A stretch of DNA of 64,000 nucleotides from Tubulanus polymorphus (lineage: Eukaryota > Animalia > Nemertea), in NCBI RefSeq assembly GCF_964204645.1, contig NC_134026.1, positions 14,232,150 through 14,296,149 on the forward strand, in the 5' to 3' direction. Under the pieces are notes generated by a model. The model ran no database searches, was not told where the DNA came from, and saw nothing but the letters and a program-made list of their open reading frames with translations. The first letter of the stretch is position 1; each line of letters starts with the position of its first letter. Made by a program: the position numbers and the translations under genes. Below are positions 13,201 through 26,881 of this stretch, piece by piece.

Positions 13201-14600
13201 CCTGGATATGTGGTTTAGATACTGTTATTTGCTTGTCAATAACTGTATCTAAATCTAAGCCGTTCAAGACATTAATGTTTTCAAAATCAGGTACATAATC
13301 CAACCACAACAAGCAATGTATGCGTGGTGCTCCCCTTAGCTGGAATTCTACTCGCCAAAACCAATCAGTGATTTTTCCCAGTGGATAGGGTTGGGCAGGA
13401 ATGACATCACGAAATAATTTTTGCCATCAGTGACTGAAATGTCTTGCCGCATACGTTGAGTATTTAGAAAGTAAGTCACATCTATACTCAGTAGATGAGT
13501 GCAGGAACCTGTCCAAAGTAGTATCCAGTTTGTATATCTATTATGCCCTGTCAGAGATCGGGCCAGTGAAGGTCATTGGCTGATACCTTGAGGAGACGGG
13601 CCTAAAGTATGCATCATTGCAAAGAGATCGGACCTAGTTGCATACCAAAATGGTTCTGTACAACGGATCTGTCTCACGACGAGCCAAAAAATATGCTGGA
13701 TCAGACCAACGTCGATCACTGCTCAGAATACGAGTTTGTGCATACTCCAAGTAGGAGAAGCCTTTTTGTTTATGGTACCCACCAATAGCAGATGGAAATA
13801 ACCATGGAGATGATGATATTTCCACATTGAAGTATTTATGGGCATGTGCTCATTTCTCTGGACAGAGTATATGGGTACCGTACCGGATATTTGAGTGTTA
13901 TAGTCAGACACTGATTTGAATGAATTGAGTATAATTCCCAGGCAACACTAATGTATTGTCGATGTAAACATTGCCATATTTATCCTCAAATGGATAGCTC
14001 AATGAATACTGTGTATAGTATCGATGAAAACATCGTTATATAGATAGTTATTTGATTCAAACCATTCTTGTGCTGAATGTGTTTTCTGATAGCGGATGGG
14101 ATGTGCATAGTTTTGGTGTTGGTTTGAATTAATAATGTCACTTTGCATCCGGAAAACTTTGTCATCATTTGGAGATGGAGGAAGTGTCTGTGCAGGTTGA
14201 AGTGTGTGCGATGGGAAATGAATCGCTTGCCCTTTAATGACCTTTTGGCCATATGTTGAGTGTAATAATTGTCATGAACTGTTGAGTGATGGAAACGTAT
14301 AAGTTTGTCCATGCATTCAATGGAAGTTTGTTTTGGTTCAGGGTAGCCACACACTTTTCACAGACAATACAGTTTGATAGTATTATATGGGTGATGATCC
14401 TATGGTTAAGAACTTAATCATGCAGTAATTTTATCTGGTACTTGTGTGCGAATATTTTGTTTGCAGTACATTTTTTCACAAACTGAACATATGTATTTTG
14501 GGTTACTGTGAATACTTTTATCAAAATGGTTTGGTTTCTGAGCCTTCCGTTTAACTTTTGTGTAATCGTTTTGAGCAAGGGTAGGAAATATTACCTTTAT
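10260..14600 (-). mobile_element. Decayed Helitron/Helentron Rep-PIF1 helicase gene
   Basis: Minus strand: FWRVEFQLRGAPRIHCLLWL (Rep HUH, ~13300-13360), NPYN...WNANMDIQ, SGGAGNGKT (Walker A), IIDEISMV, GDFFQLKPV, IFPTN..C..YN (10340-10400). Confidence 0.88.
10465..11459. mobile_element. 995-bp non-autonomous DNA transposon inserted in the Helitron helicase
   Basis: Ends GGTGCG...CGCACC; 8-bp direct repeat ATATCGTC at 10457-10464 and 11460-11467; removing it rejoins helicase ...GLQTPDDIRTLSTRQ. Confidence 0.8.
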
Positions 14601-14689
14601 GGTTGGGTAATCAACGGATTGAATTCATAGTGTACTGTGATATCTGATCTTTGTTCAGGACAAGGGTAGATGATAAAACACGACTCAGA

Positions 14690-15345
14690 ATTCTGGCCAA
14701 AATTGACATCTTTAGCAACCAAAAAAGGTCACAGGACGGCCATCTTGAGTTCGATCGACCCAATTTTTCTCATGCTGATGGGCTCTTTGGGGTACAAATA
14801 CAAACGAAAGATCAAGATAATTTATCGAAGCATCTTCAAAATTTCCCTCGAAAACATCAAAAATGTGCTGATTTTGGCGAACAACAATGGTTGCCACTCG
14901 GCCATCTTGAATCTGACAGGGCCAGTTTTTGGACTGAAGATATGTCTAGGGTAGATACATGTGTAAGCCAAATATAAAGACATTGCATTGAAGTGTCTTT
15001 GAAACTTCCCAAAATAACTGGATTCCGTCTACGGACGGACGAACGGATGGACGCTGGAAAAGTGAATGCAATATCCTGCTGGGACTAAAGTCCTAAGTGG
15101 GCTAAAAATATCTGATTTTGGCGAACAACAATGGCTGCCAGTCGGCCATCTTGATTCCGACAGGGCCGATTTATGGGCTGAAGATGTGTCTAGGATACAT
15201 ACTCGTGTAACACAAATATTAAGACATAACATGGAAGCGTCTTAAAAACTTCAAAAGAATAACTGGATTCCGGTAGGAAGGACGGACGCCGCAAGAAAAG
15301 TGAACGCAATAGCCCACTGGGGCTCAAGTCCCAGGTGTGTTAAAA
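14690..15345 (+). repeat. HINE/DINE-1-like non-autonomous Helentron repeat, two tandem ~240-bp units
   Basis: Repeated GATTTTGGCGAACAACAATGG...GGCCATCTTGA unit, (GGAC)n tract, terminal stem-loop TGGGACTAAAGTCC(T/C)A followed by an A run. Confidence 0.6.
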
Positions 15346-16244
15346 ATTGGGATTGTGGACGTAATAACAGAATGGTCCGTCAAATCACACGTCAATCATG
15401 GTCGGTGTGTTTAAATGTTGCGAGCAATAGATTACCATAGGAGCTCCTCTGCCCTCGGCTGACAAAAGGCAGTATGTCAGTCAACTTCATCTTCACCGTC
15501 AAGGGATTCGAGCCCACTACGCTAAAGCTGTTCCCCGAACCCCTTGACCTCACGAGTCGTTGGAGTCGTTACTAGCCGACCAGAATCGGGTCGTACCAAT
15601 CACAGCGCTTGTAACAAATGACATTAGGCATCTGTTGGCTTTCCTGTTAAATGGACCAATCAGCGAACGTTTTACCGAACGAGGAGGTATATCGCAGATC
15701 GATATATGACGTCATGCGGAACAGCGCCGTGAGGCCAGGGGGGTGGTGGAAGCGAGTTCGGGAGTGATACCGGACCTCTGGCAAGCGAAGATGGTCAACT
15801 TGAGTTCCGAGATTTTAATAATTATACGTTTAGGCTTTAATGGTTCTTCAATTTATCGATCAGATAGATCTGAAAATTGGTATGTGTATAATTCAACTTA
15901 CCTTTGATGCATTGAACAGGAGATTTCGAGTTTTTAGAAATAATTCTAGCGTTTAAGTGACGTACTTAGTTTTCTAGAATTAAAGCCGTTATTCTGTCCT
16001 CACTTATTATAACTGCAGTAAGTGCAAGATACTGCTTTTTTGTCATCCAGTAATAAAATATACTGCTTCTTGTCATGGAATTGAACACTCCTCAATCAAA
16101 TGAAAGTGATTACGAAATTAACGGTTGATCATATATTTATCAATTTCTTTCATTAACAAACATTTATAACAATACATTCAACATACTTTAGATTATTAAT
16201 GTATTAACATTATTGATTTCATAAATTTCATTTCGTTATTTTTG

Positions 16245-16532
16245 CAAAAAAATCAAGATCAAGGTAATTAATCAAAGCGTCTTCAAAAATCTTTCCTCAA
16301 AAAGTTCAAAAATGTATATAAAGTGCTGATTTTCGCGAATAACAATGGCTGCCAGTCGGCCATCTTGATTTTGACGGGGCTAGTTTTTTGGGCTGAAGAT
16401 GTGTCTAGGGTAGAGACATGTGTAACCCAAATATCAAGACATTACATTAAAGCATCTTCCAAACTTCTCAAAACGAACGACGAAAAGTGAACGCAATAGG
16501 CTGTTGGGACTAAAATCCCAAGTGGGCTAAAA
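16245..16532 (+). repeat. Third copy of the same HINE-like unit
   Basis: Aligns by eye with 14805-15107. Confidence 0.65.
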
Positions 16533-16947
16533 AGAAATCGATGCCTTCATTTTGATGTAGAGACGACCTTTTGATAAAGAGATGACCTCAGAAATGTGTA
16601 CCTGCTTACATAAACAAAAACAGCGAGCGGAAATTCACTACCAAAATTCACTACCGTATTTCCCAGCCAGTGGGCGAGGTAGTTTTTAGCCTTACATGCA
16701 TGGATTTGGTAGAGCTTCGAAAAATAAATAGAGGGAAAGTTTCAAGAACTGATTTGTGTCAATTAATTTCTTGAGTTGACGATTTACGATTGTCTGCGAA
16801 ATTGTATTGTTAAAAAAATTGTATTGTGCATCAAGCGCACAGTACTCAAAGTCAACTGCTGCCATAGTATCATGCGCAGGTTCCGAAGAGTCTTACCTAT
16901 TTTAGCGTCGACAACCTTTCTACAAAAACAGTTTGGGGGGTCCGCCC

Positions 16948-17091
16948 AGTAATTGGGAATATGGGGGTTAAGATCAAAGGTCGAGAGGTTGAGAGTACAT
17001 GTAGAAAAATAAATTCTCGCACGCTCGAATTAATTTTTCTACTCACTCGCCCTCTCAACCTTTAACCTGAACCCCCATATTCCCAATTACT
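16948..17091. repeat. 144-bp terminal imperfect palindrome
   Basis: AGTAATTGGGAATATGGGGGTT ... AACCCCCATATTCCCAATTACT with pairing continuing towards a central CTCGCACGCT loop. Confidence 0.9.
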
Positions 17092-17555
17092 CCTAATAAT
17101 GTTCATATATATGAATAACATATATAAATGAATAACATGTATAAATGAATAACTTCTAAAATCAATTTTGATAAAAAATATGTTATTAAAATGGAGAGTA
17201 AACAAATACACAGTGAGAACAACAATCATTTCTAGATAGAATTAAAGATACTACAAATGCTAAATCAGTAGATTATAAATTCAAAAAGAAATGAATTAAC
17301 AATTCATAAGAAATATTTGATTACTAATATTGAAACAATTACTAATAACTATGGAGATATATTAGTTATCCACTTAGAATATGAGGGATTGAAAGGAAAT
17401 AAATATAAATTCAGAACATATTTACCAGATAGATTTCATAGATTATCTAATGAAGATCTAGAAGAATTATGTTCAGGTGATTTCTATTGCATATATAAAG
17501 GTTAGAATGAAAAAGGGCACCATGATATAGATTTAGAAGAAAATATCTAAAATAA

Positions 17556-18300
17556 ATGGTAGAATTAAAAGAATATAGAATATTTGTTGATTCAAGAAGA
17601 CTTACGAATCATAAATCTCATAATTTACTAGTACAATTAGATAGAGAATTTAAAAATTGTGTTGATTTAAAATTAGTAAATATTAGTTTATGTAACTCAT
17701 TTTACAATATATCGGATAAAACTTTTGACCATAGACTGTTTATGATTCATGATAGAAATAGAAATAAATGGTTTACTTTACTTTTAAAACCAGGATTATA
17801 TAATTTAGAAACATTAGCACAAGAAATTAATAAAAGAGCTACTTCATTATCTGCTGGATTTAGAATTAGATTTTTAAAAAGTGATATCAATAATAAAGTA
17901 AGAATAAAGTTAACTAATGAACAACATCATTTTATAGTAAGAAAACCATAAGCTAAAATTTTAGGAACTACACCAAATAAAGTTCATGCAAATGTTGATG
18001 CTACACCAGACTTAATGCCTTGCACACATTTCTATATTTATTGCAATTTAGTTGATCCTACAAAGACATTTGAAGCAACTAAAGATACAATTTGTAATTC
18101 TGATTTATTAAATATTTAACCATTAAAAATGCTAAACACTTTGGAACACAAATTAAATATTATTTAGCAGAATGCGAATTTAAACCTTGTATTCGACATT
18201 TTAATGATTTCAAATTAAAGTAAGAAATCATAATGGTTACTTAATTGATTTGAATAACTTTCGTGTAATTTATGAATTAGTTATGAGATGTAGAGAGTAA
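17556..18300 (+). pseudogene. Putative minor capsid (penton-like) protein, copy B
   Basis: MVELKEYRIFVDSR...; stop at 17951 but homology continues to 18300. Confidence 0.65.
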
Positions 18301-18316
18301 TTTTTTCATTATATAA

Positions 18317-21300
18317 ATGAATAAAACAGTAGGACCGAGCATATGATTTGGATTTGATTTTAAACGTGAGAAAGAAATTAAATTTGATATTAATGATGTA
18401 ATTACACATATTAAAAATATTGTATTTACTAATGAAACAACTTTTGAATATGAAACAACAATAAATAAAGAAACTTTAAATGTAGAAAAGAATACTGATT
18501 TGATTAGAAATGCTTTAAGATTTTATGAATTAGATGAAGATTTTATCATCGATGATATTGAAAAAATAATAACTGAAATATATAAAAATGAAACTAATAA
18601 TATTATAAATATTGAAATAATAATAACTAAGTTTACTAAATATTTGAAGATTTTTTTATTAATAAATGAGTGATAATAAGTGGATAATAAATGGATCATA
18701 TAATGGAGCATTATTAGCAGTTGGATATACAATGGTATTAAAAAAAGTATTTAGAATGGGAAGTATTAATGTTGATAGATTTGATATCAATGATATTTTT
18801 AAATTAACGTTTGCAGTAACTTTATCTAATTTGACTATTGATTATCTAGAAAAACAAAAATATATTTCTCCTATATAAATGCATAATTTTGTTAAATAAA
18901 TGGCATCTGCAATTATAACTATTAGCATTTACAGGTGGTGGTTTAAACATATTGATAGAAATAGTTAATTAGCAGAACAAAGAAGACATAACTTAGCATT
19001 AAAGAAATACAATAAAGCGGCAGAAGAATATAGAGAAAAGAGACAAAATTATATGGATTATATCAATAAACAATTCTATAATCAGAAAATTACACAGAGA
19101 TTTTCAATCAGTCGATGATGCTATGAGTTTATATAACGCAGTAACAAATAAAGAAAATTACATTTGTACAAACCTAAATTATCAGATTATTATACCCCAA
19201 GTAATGAACAACAGAAATATGAAATTATTTGGATTTTAGGTGGAACTGTTATTGTTATATTTGTTGCATATAAATTTACTAATTAGTAATTTCTTTTCTA
19301 AATAAATCGATGATAAAGTTGATAATAATGATATTATTCCTCATGATATCAGTAAAACTAAATTAAAATTATATTTTGAAAAAAAATATTAGAAATTGAA
19401 AGTGACTTAAAGATAAAAAAGAAAAAATATTTAAAATCTCAAATCATATATTATTTTATTATTAGTGGATCGGTTACAATAAGTTCTGTTATAACATTTT
19501 TAGCTATATTCAGTCCATTTACTCCTTTAGCTATATCAATTGGCGTGTTAGGATTAAGTTCAAGTGTTTTAACCAAAATAAGTTCAAAATTAAATATAAA
19601 AGGTAATAAATAAAAAATAAAATCTAATATAAAACAAATTAATAAATTAAAAAATACATTAGATTATATAATAAGTTTAAATGGTAATATAACAGTTAAA
19701 GAACGAGATAAATTATTAGAAGAATCAATTAATTATTAATTTTTTATTATATAAATGGGATTTCCAAAAGCTTTCCAATATAATAAATCAATTAAATATA
19801 ATATTCCAGCAATAGATTTTGATAAAAATATTTCATATAAAAATTAAGTTTTAAATTCATTAATTAATTTAGAAATTTACGTTACTGAAACAAAGTTTTT
19901 TATTTCTAGAATGGAAATTATATTTAATATAAGTGAAGTTACTTTTGCTCGAGATGAATATAATATATATAAAATAAAATCTAATATGAGATATTGGCAG
20001 AATCAATTAAATGTTGCTGTTTATTGTGCAACAACAGGATGGCATAAGTTGGAACAATCATCTTAATAACTTAGATAAAAATTTGAATTATTCCGATTTA
20101 AAATTAATTCATACAATAATCAGATTTCACACGTATTTTCAAATTAGAATTATATTAAACGAATTAGAATGTCCTTTACCTGGATCGAAATATTTTAAAG
20201 AATTGGATAATAATATTAATCTATCTAAGTTTTACAAAATAAGTAATGAATTTAATATAAATATTAACTCCGATTTTAGAGCGCATGGTAAATAACATGG
20301 CGTTGGTGAACAGTTTGAAATAAAAAGAATTGATTATATGCATAGAGTTGGAGCTTATCATCATTATAAAATTGATAATAATAATGGATGGATTAATTTC
20401 ATTTAAGTAAATAGTGAAGGTTTTTCCAAGTCTGGAATACAAAGAATAAATCAATCTATAATAATTTATTTAATTAATTTGTATTCTAGGTGCGCAAGTT
20501 GAAACAAAATCACCAATAGTTGGGAATGGTAATACTTCATTTGACGCGCAGAAACAATTTGAAGTTTTATTTGAAGATTCCATTCATAATCATAAAAATA
20601 GATCAATTCCAGAAAAAAGAGTAAGATATCAAAATTATTTAGATAAATCTCATGTAAGATTAAATCATTGTATTGGTCCTAATTTATTAATGATATCTAA
20701 TGATTTAGTATTTAAGATGGGAAATATAATTGGTTATGATAATCTAATTAAAACTGCATCAACACATAATAAGTTTGGGTTACATGATATAAATAAATAG
20801 ATTATCACTGCTCCAAAACTAATGGAAGGTGAAAAAATTAAAAAACATATTCAATCAACAGAAACTAAAACTAAAAATATTAAATTAAATAATGATTCTA
20901 AAATAAAAGATTACCATACATCAGAAAATATTAAAACTGATATTATTCAACATCATATTATTAAAACTAATAATGATAATAAGTCACATGAAAATGCTAA
21001 ATTAGCTATAACTTGTATAGGAATTGTAATAGGAGGAATATTATATTTTAAATTTAAATTTTCTTTATTATGTAAATGGATGTAGAAGGTGGAGAAGATA
21101 TTCCAATGGATACTTTCAATGACCCTGGTATACTTGATGAACCACAACCTGATTTTCCTACTAGTATTGATAATGATGATGGATCAGCATATAATAATAA
21201 TTTAAATAATGATGAAGATGATGGTGAAATTGATAACGAAACGCGTGAAAAATTTGAAGAATATATGACAGCTCCCGAAAGGGAAGTAATTAGACCAGTA

Positions 21301-22775
21301 ATATTTAGAAAAGATTTAATGAATGTATTAGTAAATACAACTGATCCTTATTTTAAAAAAGAATTATATGGAATGAAAAGTAGAGTAATAGATACAATTG
21401 TTAACGAATTATTACCAAAAGATGTAATAGATGAAGTTGATTCAGAAGTAATTGTAATGCAAATTGAAAAAGATGATCCACATTTCACGAATAATTTAGA
21501 ATTTAAAAAGGATGCATGGTTTTATAATGTTGAATTAAATAAAAAAGATGTATCAATTCAATTATCTAAAATGGGACAAGAAAATATATTTGAACCTGGA
21601 ATGTTAGCAAGTTGTACTATTGAACATTCAAAAGGTGGTTCAGAACTTCTCAGAATTATATGGAATGCAATCGATAGAATAAATGAAGAAGAACCAATCA
21701 AGGATATTGATATTAACAAATATTCACCATTTAAAAATCCAAATTTAAATCCTACTTTTGTTGATTCAGAAGTGGAAGAGTATGGAGATCGATTAGATAA
21801 ATTAAGATCTTCAACACCAGAAACATCGAGAAGAGACACTAAACCAATTGATATTGATTTAAGTCAATTACAATTAGTAAAAAAATATTTGACTCAATAG
21901 ATTCAGTTAATGCGGCAGAAGAACAGATGAATAATACTTTAGATACACCTGGTACCGAACCTGGAACAAATCAAATGCAACTTTTCTGAGAAAAAGGATT
22001 TATTGATTTAACTGATGAAGAATTAAAAATATTTCCCAAACAAGTACGTAGAGAAATTATTAGTATAAGAGATGAAACTGATAAAATTACCGATATTAAG
22101 ATGAGATTTTCTAAAATAACCCTGTTAGAAAAAGAATTAACTGATACAAATGAAGATTTATAACAATTAGAATTAGATAGAAATCTTTTGAAGTAATTGA
22201 TGAAGCTGATTATGAAAGCAGAAAGTCATCTTTAGAAAAAGAAATTGATGATTTAAAATATAACAAAGAATTACAGGAAAAAGAAAGAAAAATATTATTA
22301 AAATCATATGATCTTAATCATATTAAAAAATTAAAAGTAATTTTTAAAGATTTAAAAATAAAACCAGATTCTAAACTATCATTAAAAGATAGAATAAAAT
22401 TATTATTTAAATTAAAAGGTATAACAATTCTTTCAATTCTAACAGCTGTAACTATGGTATTTACGACAATAGGTTTAGCCATTCAAATTCATTAAAATCT
22501 ACACCTTCTCCTAAACCACATGATAAACCACCAAATAATAATAATTCTATACAAGATAAAGTTAAAGATGGATTAAAAAAATTAGCAAAATAATTATGAG
22601 AACTATCTACAAATCTGCTGCAGCTTTTCCCGGAGTTATAGCATCAATCGTTGGTTTTGTTTTAAAATCTGCTGGGAATATTCTTAACTTTGCTGCTGAA
22701 CATATAATTTTATTTTTAATTACAGTTGTAAGTGCTATTATTTTTGGATTAGTGAATATAATCAAAAATAGATAA
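18317..22775 (+). pseudogene. Decayed unknown and membrane-protein gene block, copy B
   Basis: Colinear with 45162-49383; includes 18666-18878 and the 21076-22775 variable gene. Confidence 0.8.
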
Positions 22776-22784
22776 TTAATTTTA

Positions 22785-23857
22785 ATGAGTGGGAGTTATA
22801 TAAATCCTTCAAAGAATTCTAGAATATCTAATTCTATTAAAGCAGAGAGATCTCATCATATAATTACTCATAATCCTTCAAATATTAATCCTGATGAAAC
22901 TCTATATCTTAGATTTCCGAGATCATATCAAAATACTTTTTATGTTCCAAATAGTATTTATTTATCAGCTGATATAAATGTAACTGGTAATAATAATAAT
23001 TATGTTGTAGATAATGTTGGGAGATATTTTATTAGAAAATTAATTGTAAAGATCGGTCCAGTGGTTATTTTTTCATTAGAGGATTATAATTTATTTATGT
23101 ATTATAAAGATTTATGGTTAACAAATAAAAATAGAAATAATATGATATTTCAAGCATCCAATCAGAAAACCGAAATAAATTAAGATCAGGGGCTAATGAC
23201 GCAATAGTAACTCGTACCGCAGATAATTTGATAAAAAAGATCTAGGTAACTGACACAGTAACTGATGAAAATATTGCTAGCATAATTCAAACTCAATATC
23301 ATCAAGGATTTTAATTATTATATGATTATATTGAAAAATTTAAAATTGTAACTATTAATGCAAATGATGAAATAATCAATGAGAATATTAACTTCCCAAG
23401 AAGATATGTAAAAGGCGTATTAATATTTTTTACCCTTGCAACATATTCTAATGGCGCATTAAATGTTGATAATTATTATGATCCGGAAATTTCAAAAGTA
23501 GAAATAACAATTGAAGGCATAGCAAGTAAAATATTTTGCCAAGGAATGAGAATGATAGATCAATGACCAGAAATTAGAAAACATTTTATTAATGAAAAAA
23601 TGAAATCATCTGAAAATTGTAATATCAATCAAATAGATTATTATACTGGTAATAAATACGCATTATGGTTAGATTTTAGAACAACAGAGGATAATTTATT
23701 ACATGGTTCTGGTATAAAATTAAAAAATACAAAAGATGGGATACAATTATTCATGAAAAAGAAAAAAGGAGATTTAAATTACAAAATGCATATTTATATT
23801 ATATCTGACGCGCAATTAAATATTATAAATTCTCAATTAAATAGTGTTATGTATTAA
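22785..23857 (+). pseudogene. Putative major capsid protein, internally deleted
   Basis: Homologous to 49404-50651; deletion near 23245. Confidence 0.6.
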
Positions 23858-24063
23858 AATTTTAATAAAAATTTTTATAATAAATGGAAGGAGTAATATA
23901 TGAAATACAAAGTCCAAGTGAAATGATATCAGATATATATTATATAATAGCTTATGATGAATATAGTAAGTATTTTGGAGAATACTTTAATCAATTCAAA
24001 TATAGAATAAGTAAAATAGAAAAGAATATTGAAACTAAAATAGAAGATAATACTGAAACTAAA

Positions 24064-24066
24064 ATA

Positions 24067-24151
<85 letters not shown>
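24064..24151. repeat. (TA)n microsatellite
   Basis: Direct read. Confidence 0.95.
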
Positions 24152-24154
<3 letters not shown>

Positions 24155-24417
24155 TTATATTAATATGAAATTGATAAAATAACTAAAAATCAAACTCGTA
24201 CTGTTTTTTATTTAAAAAACACATATATAATTTATATATGCTAAAAATTCTATAATATTTCAAATTTTAATTATTTATGTATCTAATACGTATTTACTAC
24301 ATATTGGGTGTTTTAAGTATTAATTATCTAATACATATTGGGGGTTTTAAGTATTAAGGTATCTAATACGTATCTAATACGTATCTTATACACAAATGCT
24401 TAAATTATGATTTTATT

Positions 24418-24996
24418 TTATAAATTTATATTCATATGGAAATTGAAGTCTCAGTAATAATTTTGAACCTTTATTTAGTCTTTAGTTTATTCATATATTC
24501 ATCATGTAATTCAGTAGGTATTATTTGATTTTCTTCGAATGATTGTTGCATAGATTTTCTATCTTTATTGTAGAATAAAACTAAAAATCTTATATTCTCC
24601 CTAAAATCTTTCACAATTGAATTATATTTTTGATTTAAAACCCACGTTGTTATCCCAAAATGTATCCCCGAGAAAGCTAAAAACATAACTCACTTTCTCT
24701 AACTTTTGAATCATGTAAATTAGCACAATCATCTATGATAAATAATGTATTTGAACCTTTATAAATATCAATTGCTATTTTAATACAATTATCTAAATTT
24801 TCTTTTACTGTTTTAGGATCTAATATAATATACTATTTTATCTTAACTATATCCCTATTATATGTTTTATTCGTTTCATTCAATGATATTATATTATCAA
24901 AATGATTTTTATAAATAGTTTCTAACAAATCTAATTTGAAATGCGTTTTACCACATTTGGTTACTCCAGTTCAAATATAAATAAATCTTTATTCAT
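24418..24996 (-). pseudogene. A32-like packaging ATPase, copy B
   Basis: TGVTKCGKT, FIIDDCANLHD, HFGITTWVLNQKY; homologous to 51806-52411. Confidence 0.85.
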
Positions 24997-25017
24997 TTAT
25001 CTTTTAATTTTACTAGA

Positions 25018-26092
25018 TTAAATCCATTCATTAAATTTATCATCATACCCTTTATATTTCCCTTTATATTTATAAGAATATTTCTTACCACGTAATGTTT
25101 TTGTTTTCAATACGTTTTCTATTTTGTATTCTATTTCATCTGGATTTGGTACAAGTGATAATTCTTGTTCATAAAAATAACCTAAGATTTCTACATCTTT
25201 TAGATATTGTAATTTATATACAAAAGGTTTAGTTAATATTATCTTTTTAATCTTAAATATTTCTTCAGTAAAATTTGGGGTATAACCTTTATAAAATGTT
25301 TTTCGATATTTAGATATTCTTACATGTTGCCCAATTTTAAATTTAGGTTCTCCAAAATCATGTGTTACAAATGCTCCATATAAATTATTCCAAACTACTT
25401 CTGAATTATCCACTTTTCAAGCTTGTATAGGTTTCATATTTATAGAACTAGAAATGTTTAGAATTATTATAACCTTTCACTAAATCATCTAATACATCGA
25501 TATATTTATATGTTTCATTTGCAGTAAAATATTCCCACATTCTAGTTTTCAATGTTTTATTATATCTTTCTATGATAGATGCTTTTTTATCTGAGTGTGT
25601 TGAAAAATATTCTATTCTGTTATCAGATAATAGTTTTTTTTAAATGTTTATTATGAAATTACTTACCTTCATCAAATTGTATCTTACCTGGAATAGCTTC
25701 TTTAAATATTAATTTAAATGCATTTTTTACTTGTTTACCAGTTTCTTTTTTTGATTGGTATACTCCATGCGTATCTACTGAATATATCTATAACATTTAA
25801 TATCCAAAAATATCCTTTATTGTATTCTTCTAAGTTCTTCATCATATCTATTAAATCTGCTTGCCATTGTTGATCAATATATGAAACCATTACTTTTCTT
25901 GTTAAATAATTTTTATCCATTTTCTTATGAATTTGATATGTTGGTTGATTTTGTACCCATAATCTTGGTTCACTATATTTTATATTTTCTTTATCAGATT
26001 TTATTTTATCCCATAATTCTGAAACGCTTGAATATGATACTCCACTCTCTGTGTTATAATATAAATCTCTTCAATATTGTGTTTTTTTTCAT
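25018..26092 (-). pseudogene. Retroviral-type (rve) integrase with C-terminal chromodomain, copy B
   Basis: QWQADLIDM, VIDIFSRYAW, FKIGQHVRISK, KGYTPNFTEEIF, YKIENVL...KGYDDKFNEWI. Confidence 0.9.
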
Positions 26093-26881
26093 CTTATTTT
26101 AATCCATCAATAATTATTTAGTTTTAGTTTCGTATATAATAGGTTTACAATCATCACTACTATCATCATTATCATTATTATTAGATTTAGATTTATACTT
26201 ATATTTATATATTACACCAGAAAATATAATAACTGTTACTAATCCAATTGTAATATATGATTTATTATTATTTCCAGCATTAGAAGAATTAGATAAATTA
26301 TTATTTGAATTAATATCGGGTGATTCATTTATATCTTAACATCATCATTCATTTATTTTAGTTAATTTTTCTTCCGATTCAATATTATCTGATTTACTTT
26401 TATCTTTACATACTAAAGGTTTGATATTGGAAAATATTATAAATCCAGTAGAAATGAAATTGTCTTTTCAATATCAATAATATTCTTATTAGATTTCTTT
26501 GACATTTATATTAATAAAAAAGCGAAAAAAATATTATAATAATACTAGCTAGTTAAAGTTAAAGAATTTTAAATACTAGCTATTTGAAGATATGTAATTT
26601 CTATTCAATTTTTATCAAAATCTATTTAATCTAGTTTTAATTAGAATTGCATAAGAAAATATTAAAAATATAATAGAAATAATATCTAGTTGAAGGTATG
26701 TAATTTTTAATACTTTCTATATGAATTAGGATTCAATATCACACTACTCTTGTCTATCTATAGGAGCAGTTACTATTACTGTCCAGATAAGTCATTTTGG
26801 ATTCTCGATATTAAATTCCTCAACGTATTGTTCATTATTTGGATCATTGTTCCATAATTCAATAAATTCCATTGCTTTATC

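Noticed and set aside
15590-15720. Two CCAAT boxes and a TGACGTCA site as a possible P5CS promoter
   Set aside because: No first exon or missing kinase exon found downstream; such motifs are common in invertebrate repeats and it lies between HINE-like copies
23884-24168. ORF ending in a YI repeat
   Set aside because: The repeat is translated (TA)n; only the N-terminal ~60 codons may be a real Polinton gene remnant
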